NCBI GenBank assembly: GCA_964473095.1
Contig: CAYYMY010000003.1
Coordinates: forward strand, 1 to 45,536
Direction of reading: 5' to 3'
Length of the DNA stretch: 45,536 bases
From: an uncultured Oscillospiraceae bacterium
GTDB lineage: Bacteria; Bacillota; Clostridia; Peptostreptococcales; Anaerovoracaceae
Below the pieces are notes generated by a model. It was not told the origin of the DNA. It worked only from the letters and a program-made list of their open reading frames with translations, and made no database searches. Position 1 is the stretch's first letter; every line of letters begins with the position of its first letter. Of this stretch, positions 10,564 through 21,429 are shown in pieces. The position numbers and the translations under genes were made by a program.

Positions 10564-11346
10564 CTATTTTATCTTATTTGACTGATACATGAGTATTCCC
10601 GCCGCGACCGCCGCATTAAGAGACTCTATGGACCCCATCATCGGGATTCTTATTTTCAGGTCCGCCGCTTTCATGAATTCTTTTCCTATACCCTGTCCTT
10701 CATTACCTATTACTAGGGCAGTACTCTCGCTTATATCTGCGTCGCGATAAAGCGTATCTCCGTCCAGACTTGCCGCCACTATTTTAAATCCATGTTTTTT
10801 GAGCTCCGATATTACACTGTCATGATTTATGCCTTCTATCACCGGCATTCTGAACAAGGAGCCCGCGGCAGCTCTCACAACTTTAGGCGAATACACATCC
10901 GCGCATCCCGGTACAGTTATGACTCCGCAATATCCGGCAGCTTCCGCGGTTCTTATCACCGTCCCCACGTTGCCCGGGTCCTGAAGTCTGTCAATAACCA
11001 CCAGATTCCCGCCGTTCTTCAATCTGATTTCTCCGAGCACATCCATACTGCTGTTTGTTTTCTTTACTACAGCTATAACTCCCTGTGAATGTTCCGTATC
11101 TGTCAGCGCATTAAACAGTTCTCTGTCAAGTATCGTTAAGTCATATCCTGTATCATCCGGTACAGATATATCAAAATTCCCGTCGCATACGAATATCTCC
11201 TCTATCTCTATCCCGAGAGAAACAGCGTCAAGCAGAGGCTTTATTCCTTCGAGAAGATAAAGTCCGTATTCATCTCTGTACTTTCTTTTCAAAAGTTTGC
11301 GTGTTTTCTTATATATCGGATTGTCTTTCGAACCTATCGTTTTCAT
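10564..11346 (-). CDS. TrmH/SpoU family RNA 2'-O-methyltransferase
   Basis: LQDPGNVGTVIRTAEAAG, IGNEGQG, RIPM...ESLNAAVAAGILMY SPOUT motifs. Start moved to the ATG of MKTIG (11346) rather than the track start at 11370. Confidence 0.9.
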   Translation of the reverse strand: MKTIGSKDNPIYKKTRKLLKRKYRDEYGLYLLEGIKPLLDAVSLGIEIEEIFVCDGNFDISVPDDTGYDLTILDRELFNALTDTEHSQGVIAVVKKTNSSMDVLGEIRLKNGGNLVVIDRLQDPGNVGTVIRTAEAAGYCGVITVPGCADVYSPKVVRAAAGSLFRMPVIEGINHDSVISELKKHGFKIVAASLDGDTLYRDADISESTALVIGNEGQGIGKEFMKAADLKIRIPMMGSIESLNAAVAAGILMYQSNKIK

Positions 11347-11369
11347 ATCCGTCCGAAACCTAACTAACA

Positions 11370-11392
11370 ATAGCCGGTGGAAAACCGGCTAT
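11370..11392 (-). terminator. Hairpin downstream of ftsZ (weak U-tract, possibly leaky terminator)
   Basis: ATAGCCGGT-ggaaa-ACCGGCTAT inverted repeat 20 bp after the ftsZ stop. Confidence 0.5.
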
Positions 11393-11413
11393 CGATTAAA
11401 TTACCCTTCTGAC

Positions 11414-12523
11414 TTATCTCTTTAAAAATGTAGGGATATCTATTCCTGACATTCCCTTGTAAATATCATCCGATGATGCAGCCTGACTTTCCGATTCCGT
11501 ATACGTCTCGTCGCTGTTTTCCGTTCCTTTATTTGGTATGACTGAGCTGTTGAGGATGTCCACATTCTGCGGTTTTTCAAATCCTGCAGCTATTACGGTC
11601 ACTGCTAACTCATCCTGCATAGCTTCCTTGATGGAAGCTCCCATTATTATAATAGCATTGTCATCAGCCTCAGCATCTATCTGCGTAGCAACTTTATCTA
11701 CATCAAACATCGTAAGGTCTCTTCCGCCTGTTATGTTTATGAGAACAGCTCTTGCTCCGGAAATCTTTGTTTCAAGAAGCGGACTGTTTATAGCTCCCGA
11801 AACTGCATCTTCCAGCTTGTTTTCGCCTTTTCCTCTTCCTACTCCCATATGTACTATGCCTCTGTCCTTCATGATAGTGGTGACATCGGCAAAATCCAGA
11901 TTGATGAGAGCATCGTCCACTATTATATCCGAGATCCCCTGAACTCCATACTTGAGTATTTCATCCGCTAGTTCAAAAGCTTCAAGAAGCGATGTCTGCT
12001 CCTGAACGGTTTCCAATAATTTATCATTCGGTACCACTACTAATGAATCCACATACTTTTTCAGGAATTTTATCCCAAGTTCAGCATGCTCTCCTCGTTT
12101 TTTCCCTTCGAATTTAAAGGGTTTTGTAACGACTCCGACAGTCAGTATCCCCATGTCCTTTGCAATTTTGGCTATTATAGGGGCTGCTCCTGTACCTGTT
12201 CCTCCTCCCATTCCGCAGGTAACGAATATCATATCGGAGCCTGCAATGAATTTTTCAAGGTCTTCGAGATTCTCTTCCGCGGATTTCTGACCAATCTCAG
12301 GATTGCCGCCTGCTCCCAGTCCCTTCGTGAGCTTTTCTCCGATTTGTATCTTTGTCTCGGCCTTGCTTCTGTCAAGCGCCTGCTTGTCCGTATTAACGGC
12401 TATAAAAGCAACTCCTTTCATGCCGGATTCTATCATTCTGTTAACAGCGTTACATCCGCCGCCGCCGACACCGATGACTTTTATCTCCTGCAGCGTAGAG
12501 TCGTTTATCTCAAATTGCAACAT
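11414..12523 (-). CDS. ftsZ: Cell division protein FtsZ
   Basis: [26 protein letters not shown] tubulin motif, NLDFADV, C-terminal IDIPTFLKR peptide. Confidence 0.98.
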   Translation of the reverse strand: MLQFEINDSTLQEIKVIGVGGGGCNAVNRMIESGMKGVAFIAVNTDKQALDRSKAETKIQIGEKLTKGLGAGGNPEIGQKSAEENLEDLEKFIAGSDMIFVTCGMGGGTGTGAAPIIAKIAKDMGILTVGVVTKPFKFEGKKRGEHAELGIKFLKKYVDSLVVVPNDKLLETVQEQTSLLEAFELADEILKYGVQGISDIIVDDALINLDFADVTTIMKDRGIVHMGVGRGKGENKLEDAVSGAINSPLLETKISGARAVLINITGGRDLTMFDVDKVATQIDAEADDNAIIIMGASIKEAMQDELAVTVIAAGFEKPQNVDILNSSVIPNKGTENSDETYTESESQAASSDDIYKGMSGIDIPTFLKR

Positions 12524-12564
12524 TCAGAAGTACCTCCTGTAATTTTTAAATAATTTCACTTTGT

Positions 12565-12593
12565 ATTATAACACAATAATTTTATGGCGTAAA
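12565..12593 (-). promoter_or_regulatory. Internal sigmaA promoter for ftsZ
   Basis: Minus strand TTTACG (12588-12593), 17 bp, extended -10 TGtTATAAT (12565-12573); overlaps the 3' end of ftsQ. Confidence 0.6.
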
Positions 12594-13361
12594 GGAACAA
12601 TAATTGTTACTCCCGATGTTGATAATTCCGCTTTCCGTACCTTTCTGATATAAATCGAAAACCACTGTTTTCAGCGCTCCGGATTCAATACAATCGACTA
12701 CATTATCATAGGTTCCTTTACAGTAAAGTCCGTCGTATATATATGCCGTGATTTTGTCCCCGTCGACTACAAGTTTTTTGAAGTAAAGATCCCCTTCCTC
12801 CATAAGCTTTATTATTCTCATAGCCTTGTCGTATTCACTGGTTTTATCAACCTCTATATCTTTATTAAGCTCTGCTTCCTTTACTTTGATATTTTCAACC
12901 AGCGTGACCTGCTGCTCTTCTTTGGTTATATCCAGTACCTTTCCATCATTATCTGTGATTATATATCGTTTTCCCTTTACGAACTGAGCCTTGCCGGTCT
13001 TTTCTTTAACTGTTATCTCAATTTTATTCGGAAATTTTCTTTTAACATCCACATCTTCTATATACAGATTTTTTTTCTTTATACGTCTTTCAACAAGCCA
13101 GGGATGCACGTCGAATATATTTTCTCCTGTCTCGATCTCCGAAAGTCTTATCACCTCTTCATCAGTCACATCTGTATTTCCTGTAACGACAATACCGTCT
13201 ATAACAAAATAGTCTATATGTACCGCAAAATAAAGCCCCGTGCACACCAGCAGAAATATTATGAACTTAAGTAAATACCGTTTTTTCTTTCTTCGCTTTT
13301 TTCTTCTTTTATTCTCCCTGTCGCATTCTTTATTCATACTCTGAAATCTCTCCGCATACAC
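12582..13361 (-). CDS. ftsQ: FtsQ/DivIB-type POTRA-domain division protein
   Basis: Basic N-terminus, single TM, POTRA-like region (VVTGNTDVTDEEVIRLS...VKRKFPNKIEITVKE); between murG and ftsZ. Confidence 0.85.
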   Translation of the reverse strand: MYAERFQSMNKECDRENKRRKKRRKKKRYLLKFIIFLLVCTGLYFAVHIDYFVIDGIVVTGNTDVTDEEVIRLSEIETGENIFDVHPWLVERRIKKKNLYIEDVDVKRKFPNKIEITVKEKTGKAQFVKGKRYIITDNDGKVLDITKEEQQVTLVENIKVKEAELNKDIEVDKTSEYDKAMRIIKLMEEGDLYFKKLVVDGDKITAYIYDGLYCKGTYDNVVDCIESGALKTVVFDLYQKGTESGIINIGSNNYCSFTP

Positions 13362-13366
13362 AATCG

Positions 13367-14473
13367 TTACTTGACGGTAAATTCATCTATATTGTCGCAT
13401 ATCCTGCCCGCAGCATTATCAGGCGCTGCTATGCGGCTTTTCTGCGACATATCTTCAAGTATTGCTCTGTCATTTTTAAGTTTCAGTATCGTAGATATCA
13501 GCTCCTCATCATCTAGGTCTTTTTCCTCTATGACGATAGCCCCTCCTCTTTCAGAGACAGCCTTAGCGTTGTAGTACTGATGATTTCCGGTGGCGGCGGG
13601 CGACGGTATGAATATGGCGGGTTTTCCGCATGATGTCACTTCCGCTACAGTTATGGCTCCGCTCCTGCTGATAACAAGGTCCGCCGCTGCAAGATACCTG
13701 TTCATGTTATTTATATATTCCTTTATCTGTATATTTTCTCCGTCCCCTGCTCCTCTCTCTTTGAGTTCGTCTAAAATGGCATCATAGTAAAATTTACCGG
13801 TGCCGAGACATATCTTTATATCTGTAGAAGGCTCCAAAGCTTCTATTACGCCTATCATTGCCTTATTTATCCTGCCGGCCCCCTGGCTTCCTCCGAAAGC
13901 CAGCAGCACAAAGTCGTCTTTGCCGTATTTGAGTTCTTTTCTCGCGGCTTCTTTATCCGTATTGAGAAAATTCCCCCTTACGGGATTGCCGCACACAACA
14001 TGCTTTTCCGGATATTTTAAATATTTTGATGCCTCCTCAAAACCGAGAAAAACCTTTTTTACATGTTTTTCCAGCATCTTGTTCGTCACTCCCGGGAATG
14101 CGTTCTGTTCGTGTATATACGTCGGTATCTCAAGTTTCTGAGCCGCTTTCAAAAGCGGCGCGCTCGCATATCCGCCTGTTCCTATTACGACATCGGGACC
14201 AAACCTCTTCAGTATATCGGCTGCCCTTCTGCTTCCCTTGTTGAACTCCTTTATGACCTTTATATTTTTAAACGGCTTTTTCCTGTTGAATCCATGTATT
14301 GGTATAAGCTCTATGGGATATCCGTTTTCCGGAACAATGGTTTTCTCAAGACCTCTTTCAGCTCCGACAAACAGTATTTCCGCTTCTTCAAATCTTTTTC
14401 TGATTTCATCCGCTATAGATATGGCCGGATATATATGTCCCCCGGTGCCGCCGCCAGTCATGATCACTCTCAT
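13367..14473 (-). CDS. murG: Lipid II GlcNAc transferase MurG
   Basis: TGGGTGGHIYPA, GTGGYAS, HEQNAFPG, GNPVR, FGGSQGA, SRSGA, NHQYYNA. Confidence 0.97.
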   Translation of the reverse strand: MRVIMTGGGTGGHIYPAISIADEIRKRFEEAEILFVGAERGLEKTIVPENGYPIELIPIHGFNRKKPFKNIKVIKEFNKGSRRAADILKRFGPDVVIGTGGYASAPLLKAAQKLEIPTYIHEQNAFPGVTNKMLEKHVKKVFLGFEEASKYLKYPEKHVVCGNPVRGNFLNTDKEAARKELKYGKDDFVLLAFGGSQGAGRINKAMIGVIEALEPSTDIKICLGTGKFYYDAILDELKERGAGDGENIQIKEYINNMNRYLAAADLVISRSGAITVAEVTSCGKPAIFIPSPAATGNHQYYNAKAVSERGGAIVIEEKDLDDEELISTILKLKNDRAILEDMSQKSRIAAPDNAAGRICDNIDEFTVK

Positions 14474-15616
14474 TTAATCAACTCCTGTATTCTTAGGCTT
14501 ATGCCTTGAAATGTTGAGAAGAACTCCGGTTGAAAACATAAATATCAAAAGAGCGTTTCCTCCGTAACTTACAAAGGGCAGATTTATCCCTGTAGCCGGC
14601 ATCGATGATGTAACTACCGCTATATTCAGTATTACCTGTATACCAACCATGAGAACTATTCCCGATACCAGAAGCATACTGAACTGGTCTGGAGCGTTTA
14701 TCGCTATATGAACACCTCGCCAGAGGAAACAGCAGTAAAGCGCTATAAGCAGTATAAGTCCTACAAATCCCAGTTCTTCTCCTATGATTGCAAGTATAAA
14801 GTCATTTTGAGGTTCAGGCAAGTAAAGATTTTTCTGAACGCTCTTTCCGAGTCCTACTCCGAAAAGTCCGCCGGAGCCCAAAGCAAGCAATGACTGCACC
14901 GCCTGATATCCTTCATTCAAAGGGTCCTGGAAAGGATCTATAAAGCTTGTAAGCCTCTGATACCAGTAGCTGTCCTTCATGAACAGAAGTATGCTCAGTA
15001 TGCCGGCTCCTCCTATTGCCACAAGTCCTGCAAAGTATCTCCATTTCATACCCGCAACCAGCATCATGGCGATTATTATACCGCATACCGTTATAGCCGT
15101 CGAAAGGTTAGGCTGTTTTATTATCATCGCACCGTATATCGCCGCAACCACCAGAAGAGGCAATATACCTCTGACAGGAGATTTTATCCTGTCCGGCTTC
15201 TCGCTTAAAAACGAGGCGGTAAAGATGATAACAACCAGCTTAGCAATTTCCCCCGGCATTATCGTCACAGGACCTACTCCTATCCATCTGGTCGCATTGT
15301 TCGCGGAATGCCCCAGAGGTGTGAACAACAGCGCCAGCAGTATAACTCCGACAATTAAAAGCGGTACTGCAATTTTCCTGTATATCCTGTAGTCCACAGC
15401 TGCTCCGACTATCAAGGCACCAAACCCAAGCACCGCCCACAGACCATGCCTTAGGAGATAGCTGTACGCGTTACCGTCCTGACTTATGGAATAATAATAG
15501 CTTGCGCTGAACACCATTATTATTCCGAAAATCACCAGCATCGCAGTGAAAATCGTCAGCAGAAAATCTCCCGATCTCAGCTTCTTTTTCTTTTTTCTGT
15601 CAGATTTCTGTCTCAA
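14474..15616 (-). CDS. ftsW: SEDS family peptidoglycan polymerase FtsW/SpoVE
   Basis: Multi-TM protein with NATRWI, QPNLSTA, GYQAVQSLLALGSGG, LPEPQNDFILAIIGEELG, GINLPFVSYGG. Confidence 0.92.
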   Translation of the reverse strand: MRQKSDRKKKKKLRSGDFLLTIFTAMLVIFGIIMVFSASYYYSISQDGNAYSYLLRHGLWAVLGFGALIVGAAVDYRIYRKIAVPLLIVGVILLALLFTPLGHSANNATRWIGVGPVTIMPGEIAKLVVIIFTASFLSEKPDRIKSPVRGILPLLVVAAIYGAMIIKQPNLSTAITVCGIIIAMMLVAGMKWRYFAGLVAIGGAGILSILLFMKDSYWYQRLTSFIDPFQDPLNEGYQAVQSLLALGSGGLFGVGLGKSVQKNLYLPEPQNDFILAIIGEELGFVGLILLIALYCCFLWRGVHIAINAPDQFSMLLVSGIVLMVGIQVILNIAVVTSSMPATGINLPFVSYGGNALLIFMFSTGVLLNISRHKPKNTGVD

Positions 15617-15625
15617 TTCTAATTA

Positions 15626-17002
15626 TTACCTTTCCAAAGCTCTGACACAAGATTTGAAATGATTGCCCCTTTGTTCAAAGCTGGTATACATATCCCAGCT
15701 CGCACACGCCGGAGAAAGCAGCACCGTATCCCCCGGCTCAGCTATCCTGTACGCTTCCCTTACGCATGCTTCCATATCTTTCAATATTATGGATTTTGTG
15801 AATCCCGCTCTTTCAGCGGCATCTTTTATCTTGGTCGCCGTCTTTCCCATGAGAAGCAGAGCTTTTACTCTGCCGTCAAACGCTTCCACAAATTCATCGA
15901 AGGATGAATCCTTATCATATCCTCCTGCTATAAGTATTATATTCTTCTTTATCGCTTCTATCGCCTTTATCGCCGCGTCGAGATTTGTTCCTTTGGAATC
16001 GTTTACAAATTTTACGCCGTCTATTTCATTACACAGCTCTATGCGGTGCTCAACACCCTTGAACTCTTTGATTACCTTTGATATTACTTCGGGCTCTATC
16101 CCTCCGAAATACGCTACGGCACATGCTGCAAGCGCATTTTCCAGATTATGAGCTCCCGGGATCTGCAGTTCATCCGTCCTGCAGATTTCAACGCTCTTAT
16201 CCCTGTCTCTCACTGTAATAATGTCGTTTTGTACATAAACTCCGAAATCAAGAATCTTCCTTCTGCTGAACGGAACTACAGAAGCTCTGCATTTATCCGC
16301 AAGCTTCATACATTCTTCATCATCATAGTTTATGACGCAGTATTGATTTTTATCTTGATTTTTGAATATTTGTGATTTAGCATCCGCATACCGCTCCATA
16401 GTATGATGCCTGTCCATATGGTCAGGCGTGAGATTCAGTATCGCTGAAATTTCAGGACGGAAATCCTTTATGGTCTCAAGCTGGAAGCTGCTGGTTTCGG
16501 TTATAAGCCAGCTGTCCTCCTCCGCCGACAGCGCCTTAGATATAACTGCCACTCCTATATTCCCCACAACATATGTCTTTCTTCCCGACGCTTTGTATAT
16601 TTCACCTACCAGGGTTGTGGTGGTAGTCTTTCCGTTCGTACCCGTTATCGCTACATAATTTCCCTTTCCCACTCTGTAGGCGATCTCAAATTCTCCTATT
16701 ATTTCCGCCCCATATTCTTTAGCTTCATCTATGAAATCGAGATGAAGCGGTACTCCCGGGCTCAGTATCAGCATGTCAAAGGCACTCATATCCTCAGGCT
16801 GATCGTTCCAGTAGCATTTTATATTTCTGTCCTTCAGAAAAACTCTTAGCTGAGGTTCCACTTCCTCTTCTTTTTTACTGTCCTGAACGTATACATCGGC
16901 TCCTAGCTTCACCATTGCCTGTGCAGCGGCCTTGCCGGATTTTCCCATGCCGACTATCAGCACTTTTTTGTTTTTCATATCGGATATCATACTGTTTGAC
17001 AT
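15626..17002 (-). CDS. murD: UDP-MurNAc-L-Ala:D-Glu ligase
   Basis: AITGTNGKTTTT, ETSSFQL, NLTPDHMDRH, NDSKGTN, LLSPACASWDMY. Confidence 0.97.
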   Translation of the reverse strand: MSNSMISDMKNKKVLIVGMGKSGKAAAQAMVKLGADVYVQDSKKEEEVEPQLRVFLKDRNIKCYWNDQPEDMSAFDMLILSPGVPLHLDFIDEAKEYGAEIIGEFEIAYRVGKGNYVAITGTNGKTTTTTLVGEIYKASGRKTYVVGNIGVAVISKALSAEEDSWLITETSSFQLETIKDFRPEISAILNLTPDHMDRHHTMERYADAKSQIFKNQDKNQYCVINYDDEECMKLADKCRASVVPFSRRKILDFGVYVQNDIITVRDRDKSVEICRTDELQIPGAHNLENALAACAVAYFGGIEPEVISKVIKEFKGVEHRIELCNEIDGVKFVNDSKGTNLDAAIKAIEAIKKNIILIAGGYDKDSSFDEFVEAFDGRVKALLLMGKTATKIKDAAERAGFTKSIILKDMEACVREAYRIAEPGDTVLLSPACASWDMYTSFEQRGNHFKSCVRALER

Positions 17003-17048
17003 ATTTACTATCTCCTAACAAATTGTAAATTCCAAACTATACTATTTT

Positions 17049-18020
17049 TCATATTATTCCGAGTCCGACTATACAGCATATTATAGCAAACAGCCAAAAC
17101 GCTATCACTACCTGTACCTCACTGAATCCGCTTTTTTCAAAGTGATGGTGTATCGGAGCCATCTTGAATATCCTTTTTCCCCTGCTGATTTTAAAATATC
17201 CCACCTGGATTATTACAGAGAGGGCTTCTATAACATAAAGCAATCCCACTATTGGAAGCATAAGTTCAAGCTTCATTACTATTGCGGCAGTTGCCAGTCC
17301 TCCGCCGAGGGCGAGCGAGCCGGCATCTCCCATAAACACTTTTGCCGGATGTCTGTTGAACACAAGAAATCCCAAGCAAGCGCCGCACAGAGCCGCGCAG
17401 AAATATTCTCCCGACACTATTCCATACATCATTCCGGCTACTGTAAAAAACAAGGACACCAGTGCCGTCACACCTGATGCCAGCCCATCAAGACCATCGG
17501 TCAGATTAACAGCGTTTGTCATTGCAAGCATCACAAAGATAACAAACGGTATATACCATATCCCGAAATCCACATATATATCCGCTATCGGTATATACAC
17601 CATTGTGCTTCCGAGAGTATATCCCGCAAGATATACGGCAAGAAGTATGGAAAGTATCATCTGCAGTCCGAATTTCTGATAGGCTCTCAATCCCAGATTG
17701 TTTTTCTTTATCACCTTCAGATAGTCATCGATAAATCCTATCAGCCCGAAGCCTATAAATACAACTATTATAAGAACAGTCTCCATCTCACTGCCGCTTC
17801 TGAGCACTGCCGTGGCAGCCGCTGATGTCAACGCGGCCGCTGCGATTATCGATATGCCGCCCATGCTTGGCGTGCCGGCTTTGGAAAGATGTGATTCCGG
17901 ACCGTCTTCCCTTATATTCTGACCTGCTTTTTTCTTCAATACAGGTATTTCAATCTTCGTAATTATAAGCGATATGAAAAAAGAGATTAAAATAATTATT
18001 CCTATGACGATGTAATTCAT
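17049..18020 (-). CDS. mraY: Phospho-MurNAc-pentapeptide translocase
   Basis: KAGTPSMGG, GFIDDYLK, NAVNLTDGLDGL, VFMGDAGS, MAPIHHHFE. Confidence 0.97.
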   Translation of the reverse strand: MNYIVIGIIILISFFISLIITKIEIPVLKKKAGQNIREDGPESHLSKAGTPSMGGISIIAAAALTSAAATAVLRSGSEMETVLIIVVFIGFGLIGFIDDYLKVIKKNNLGLRAYQKFGLQMILSILLAVYLAGYTLGSTMVYIPIADIYVDFGIWYIPFVIFVMLAMTNAVNLTDGLDGLASGVTALVSLFFTVAGMMYGIVSGEYFCAALCGACLGFLVFNRHPAKVFMGDAGSLALGGGLATAAIVMKLELMLPIVGLLYVIEALSVIIQVGYFKISRGKRIFKMAPIHHHFEKSGFSEVQVVIAFWLFAIICCIVGLGII

Positions 18021-18028
18021 GACGACTC

Positions 18029-19429
18029 CTAAAGTTTTAAAATATCTTCCACTATCTGCTCCATATGCATTCCTCTGGAACCTTTGACAAGAATGATATT
18101 CCCTTTGCCCGCAAAACGGTGCATATCCCGATAAAAATCGTTTTTCTCTTTATAGTACAGAGCTTCGGCCTTTCCTCCCAATGCTCCCTCGTATATTTTT
18201 TCCGCATTTCTTCCTACTGCAATCACTCTGTCGATGTCAAGTCCCCCAGCAAACACCCCAACTCCGAAGTGCTGCTTCTCGCTGTCAGCTCCCAGTTCAT
18301 ACATATCTCCCAAAACAGCGATTTTTTCTGCACTACACCTGCTTTTCTCCAGAACTTTCAATGCGCTTTTCATGGAATCCGGGCTTGCATTGTAGGTGTC
18401 ATCTATCACTCTTAATTTTCCGTTTCCCAGCTGCTTCAGACGACTGCCTGTAAGGTCTGTTTTCCCAAGTCCGTCTTCTATTTCACGCCAGCTGAGTCCC
18501 AGCAATTCCCCTGTCGCCGCTGCTATTGAAGCATTTGCAGCATTGTGTCTTCCGGGTACAGGCACAGTTATCCTCCTGCTTTTCTCTGAATGCTCCAAAG
18601 TGAATTTTATACCATCGAGACCAAAATCGTCAATATCGGATATTATATAATCGCTTTTTCCGTTTTCTCCTATAGATATCTGCCTGTAATTTCCCTTAGT
18701 GCTTTCCCTTGTCAGAAAGTTTCCGTCATTAAGGAATATGAGTGTACCCTCATTCCCGTCCAAGCCGATATGTTTCGTCAGCTCCATTTTCGCTTTGAAT
18801 ATACCTTCACGGCTTCCCAGCGTCTCCATATGTGCCACGCCTATATTAGTTATTATACCTATATCAGGCTCAACTATTTCCGCAAGTCTTCCTATTTCAC
18901 CGAATTCACTCATCCCCATTTCAAGCACTACAGCTTCCATACTCCTGTCAAATCTGAATATCGACAGAGGCAGGCCGATCAGATTGTTGAAATTCTTCAT
19001 ATTTCTTCCGCATCTGAATTTTTCACTCAGCACATAATATATCATATCACGCACCGATGTTTTTCCCACGCTTCCGGTAACAGCGATTTTTTTTACATCA
19101 AGCGTAGAAAGATAATATTTTGCCAGATCTCCCATAGCGCGAACAGTATCGCCTGCTTTAACAACATTCAGCTTCTTATCGCCGTTTTTTTCCAAAATAT
19201 CACTCAGGTCGATATCTTCCGATACGAGCAGCGTCCTGCAGCCCTTTTCTATTACCTGCGGGATATAGCTGTGACCATCCTGATTCTCGCCGATTACAGC
19301 CACGAACATATCATCTTTTTCACATTCTCTGGAATCATGTTTTACTCCGAGCACAAAATCTTCAGTGCTGCCGGATACGAGCTTTCCGCCTGTCGCCTCT
19401 AGGATTTCTTTTATACTTATCTTTTCCAT
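18029..19429 (-). CDS. murF: UDP-MurNAc-tripeptide:D-Ala-D-Ala ligase
   Basis: AVTGSVGKTS, NFNNLIGLP, VLEMGM, DDTYNASPDSM, LGDMYELG, LVKGSRGM. Confidence 0.96.
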   Translation of the reverse strand: MEKISIKEILEATGGKLVSGSTEDFVLGVKHDSRECEKDDMFVAVIGENQDGHSYIPQVIEKGCRTLLVSEDIDLSDILEKNGDKKLNVVKAGDTVRAMGDLAKYYLSTLDVKKIAVTGSVGKTSVRDMIYYVLSEKFRCGRNMKNFNNLIGLPLSIFRFDRSMEAVVLEMGMSEFGEIGRLAEIVEPDIGIITNIGVAHMETLGSREGIFKAKMELTKHIGLDGNEGTLIFLNDGNFLTRESTKGNYRQISIGENGKSDYIISDIDDFGLDGIKFTLEHSEKSRRITVPVPGRHNAANASIAAATGELLGLSWREIEDGLGKTDLTGSRLKQLGNGKLRVIDDTYNASPDSMKSALKVLEKSRCSAEKIAVLGDMYELGADSEKQHFGVGVFAGGLDIDRVIAVGRNAEKIYEGALGGKAEALYYKEKNDFYRDMHRFAGKGNIILVKGSRGMHMEQIVEDILKL

Positions 19430-19434
19430 TTTTT

Positions 19435-21429
19435 CTAATCGTTATAAAGATATATTTTACTACCCTTCTTTACCTCCGTGCCTGCCGAAGGATACTGTTT
19501 TGAAACCACAAAGTCTTCCTTTGAAGCAACCTCCTCATCCATATCATAAGACAGACCTGCCCCCTCTAAAACTCCTATAGCCTCACTCGCGCTCATTCCC
19601 GTGACATCAGGGATTTCCACCTTCTCTGTCTCGTCGCTCTGCTGACTTTCTTCATCAGGCGAAACATTGAGATAGCTCAGAGTATCGGACAGTATCTGCT
19701 TCATTCCCGGACCTGCTACAACGCTTCCGTAATGAACTCCTTTTGGATTATCTACTATAAGAAGTACTGCTACCTGAGGATCATCCATAGGCGCCATAGC
19801 TATTGCGGAAGAATAGGTTTCATCGCTGTACCCTCCGCTGGAGTCAGGTTTGTTTGCTGTTCCTGTCTTTCCGCCAACATTATATCCGTCCAGCTTGAAT
19901 GAACCGCCGCCTCCACTGTCTACAACGAACTGCATTATTTCACACATCTCATCGGCAGTTTCCTTAGATACGGTCTGCCTCACAACTTCAGTATCAAAAG
20001 TCATCACCGTATTTCCGTCAGAGTCGCGCAGCTCTTTGACAAGTCTCGGCTTCATCATTTTGCCGTCATTTCCGAAAGAGCTTATAGCCGTTATAAGCTG
20101 TATAGGCGTCACGGCTATCCCCTGACCAAAGCCTATGGTCGCAAGCCCCACAGTCCCTGCAGAATCTTTATCCTGCAGAAGAGCCGTGGCCTCTCCAGGA
20201 AAATCTATTCCTGTAGTCCCTGTGATGCCGAATGTATCGAGATGCTCATAAAACTTATCTATCCCCGTCTTGGTAGCAAGCTGTACGAAGACAGGATTGC
20301 ATGAATTGTTTACCGCTTCCTGAAGGCTCTGATGTCCGTGAGGCTGATCTGTTCTCCAGCAGTGTATGGTCCTGTCGGCCACCTTTATCTCGCCTGTACA
20401 GTTGTATGTGCTGTCCGGTGTCGCTATATCTTCTTCAAGAGCTATTGCCGTTGTTATGAGCTTGAATGTTGAGCCAGGCTCATATACATCCGATATAAGT
20501 GAATTTCTCCACATCCTGTTCAGATATTCCGTCTGCTCCGATTCAGACATGGCTTCAAATTCCGTTATCTCATCTTCATCCGCAGGCTCCCGCGGATTGT
20601 TCAAATCATAATCCGGAGTCTGCGCCATGGCAAGTATATCTCCCGTCTTCGGATCCATCACTATAGCCATGACTCTGTCCGCATCAGTCTGCTCCATAAC
20701 CTGGTCGAGCGCCTTCTCCGTATAATGCTGTATGACCTGATCAATGGTGGTAACGATACTGTAACCGTCTTCCGCCTGATAGTACCTTTCGTTTCCGTAG
20801 GACAACCTGTTGCCGCTTGTATCGGTATAATTTATCCATCTTCCCGATACTCCGCTCAAGTATGTATTGTATTGCAGCTCAAGTCCCGAAAGTCCTACGT
20901 TGTCATCACTTACCGTACCCAATGTATGGGCTGCAAAAGAGCTGAGAGGATAATTTCTCTTTGTATCTTCAGCAATCTCCACTCCCGGCAGCTCCTCGTT
21001 TCTTATCTTGTCCGCCGTATCTTTATCAATGCCCTTTTTCACTTTTACTATGCTCTGCTCTTTGGTCACGAGCTTTTCAACTTCATCGTATTCCATATCG
21101 AGATACTCGGAAAGCTTCTGCGTCACATTTTCTATCTTTGCCTGAGATTCTTCATCGGTATCCGCGCTTCTGACATCGCTAGGTCTCACCCATATCGTGT
21201 AGCATGTGACACTAACTGCAAGCTCATTGCCGTTTGTATCATATATCGTTCCTCGTTCGGCTTCTATAGGTGTATCGCTCGTCTGCTGCTCAAGAGCCTT
21301 TTCCGAGTATTCCTCTCCTCTTACTATCTGTATCCATCCCAGTCTTATTATCAGCATCAGCATGAAAAAGAATACTATTCCAAGGATGAAAATCAGATTC
21401 TTTTTACTTTTATTATTTGATGGTGTCAT
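19435..21429 (-). CDS. Class B penicillin-binding protein (FtsI/SpoVD-like) with C-terminal PASTA domain
   Basis: RGTIYDTNG dimerisation motif, GLELQYN, EPGSTFK (SxxK), SCN (SxN), KTGTA (KTG), PASTA-like IPDVTGMS...QYPSAGTEV. Confidence 0.93.
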   Translation of the reverse strand: MTPSNNKSKKNLIFILGIVFFFMLMLIIRLGWIQIVRGEEYSEKALEQQTSDTPIEAERGTIYDTNGNELAVSVTCYTIWVRPSDVRSADTDEESQAKIENVTQKLSEYLDMEYDEVEKLVTKEQSIVKVKKGIDKDTADKIRNEELPGVEIAEDTKRNYPLSSFAAHTLGTVSDDNVGLSGLELQYNTYLSGVSGRWINYTDTSGNRLSYGNERYYQAEDGYSIVTTIDQVIQHYTEKALDQVMEQTDADRVMAIVMDPKTGDILAMAQTPDYDLNNPREPADEDEITEFEAMSESEQTEYLNRMWRNSLISDVYEPGSTFKLITTAIALEEDIATPDSTYNCTGEIKVADRTIHCWRTDQPHGHQSLQEAVNNSCNPVFVQLATKTGIDKFYEHLDTFGITGTTGIDFPGEATALLQDKDSAGTVGLATIGFGQGIAVTPIQLITAISSFGNDGKMMKPRLVKELRDSDGNTVMTFDTEVVRQTVSKETADEMCEIMQFVVDSGGGGSFKLDGYNVGGKTGTANKPDSSGGYSDETYSSAIAMAPMDDPQVAVLLIVDNPKGVHYGSVVAGPGMKQILSDTLSYLNVSPDEESQQSDETEKVEIPDVTGMSASEAIGVLEGAGLSYDMDEEVASKEDFVVSKQYPSAGTEVKKGSKIYLYND

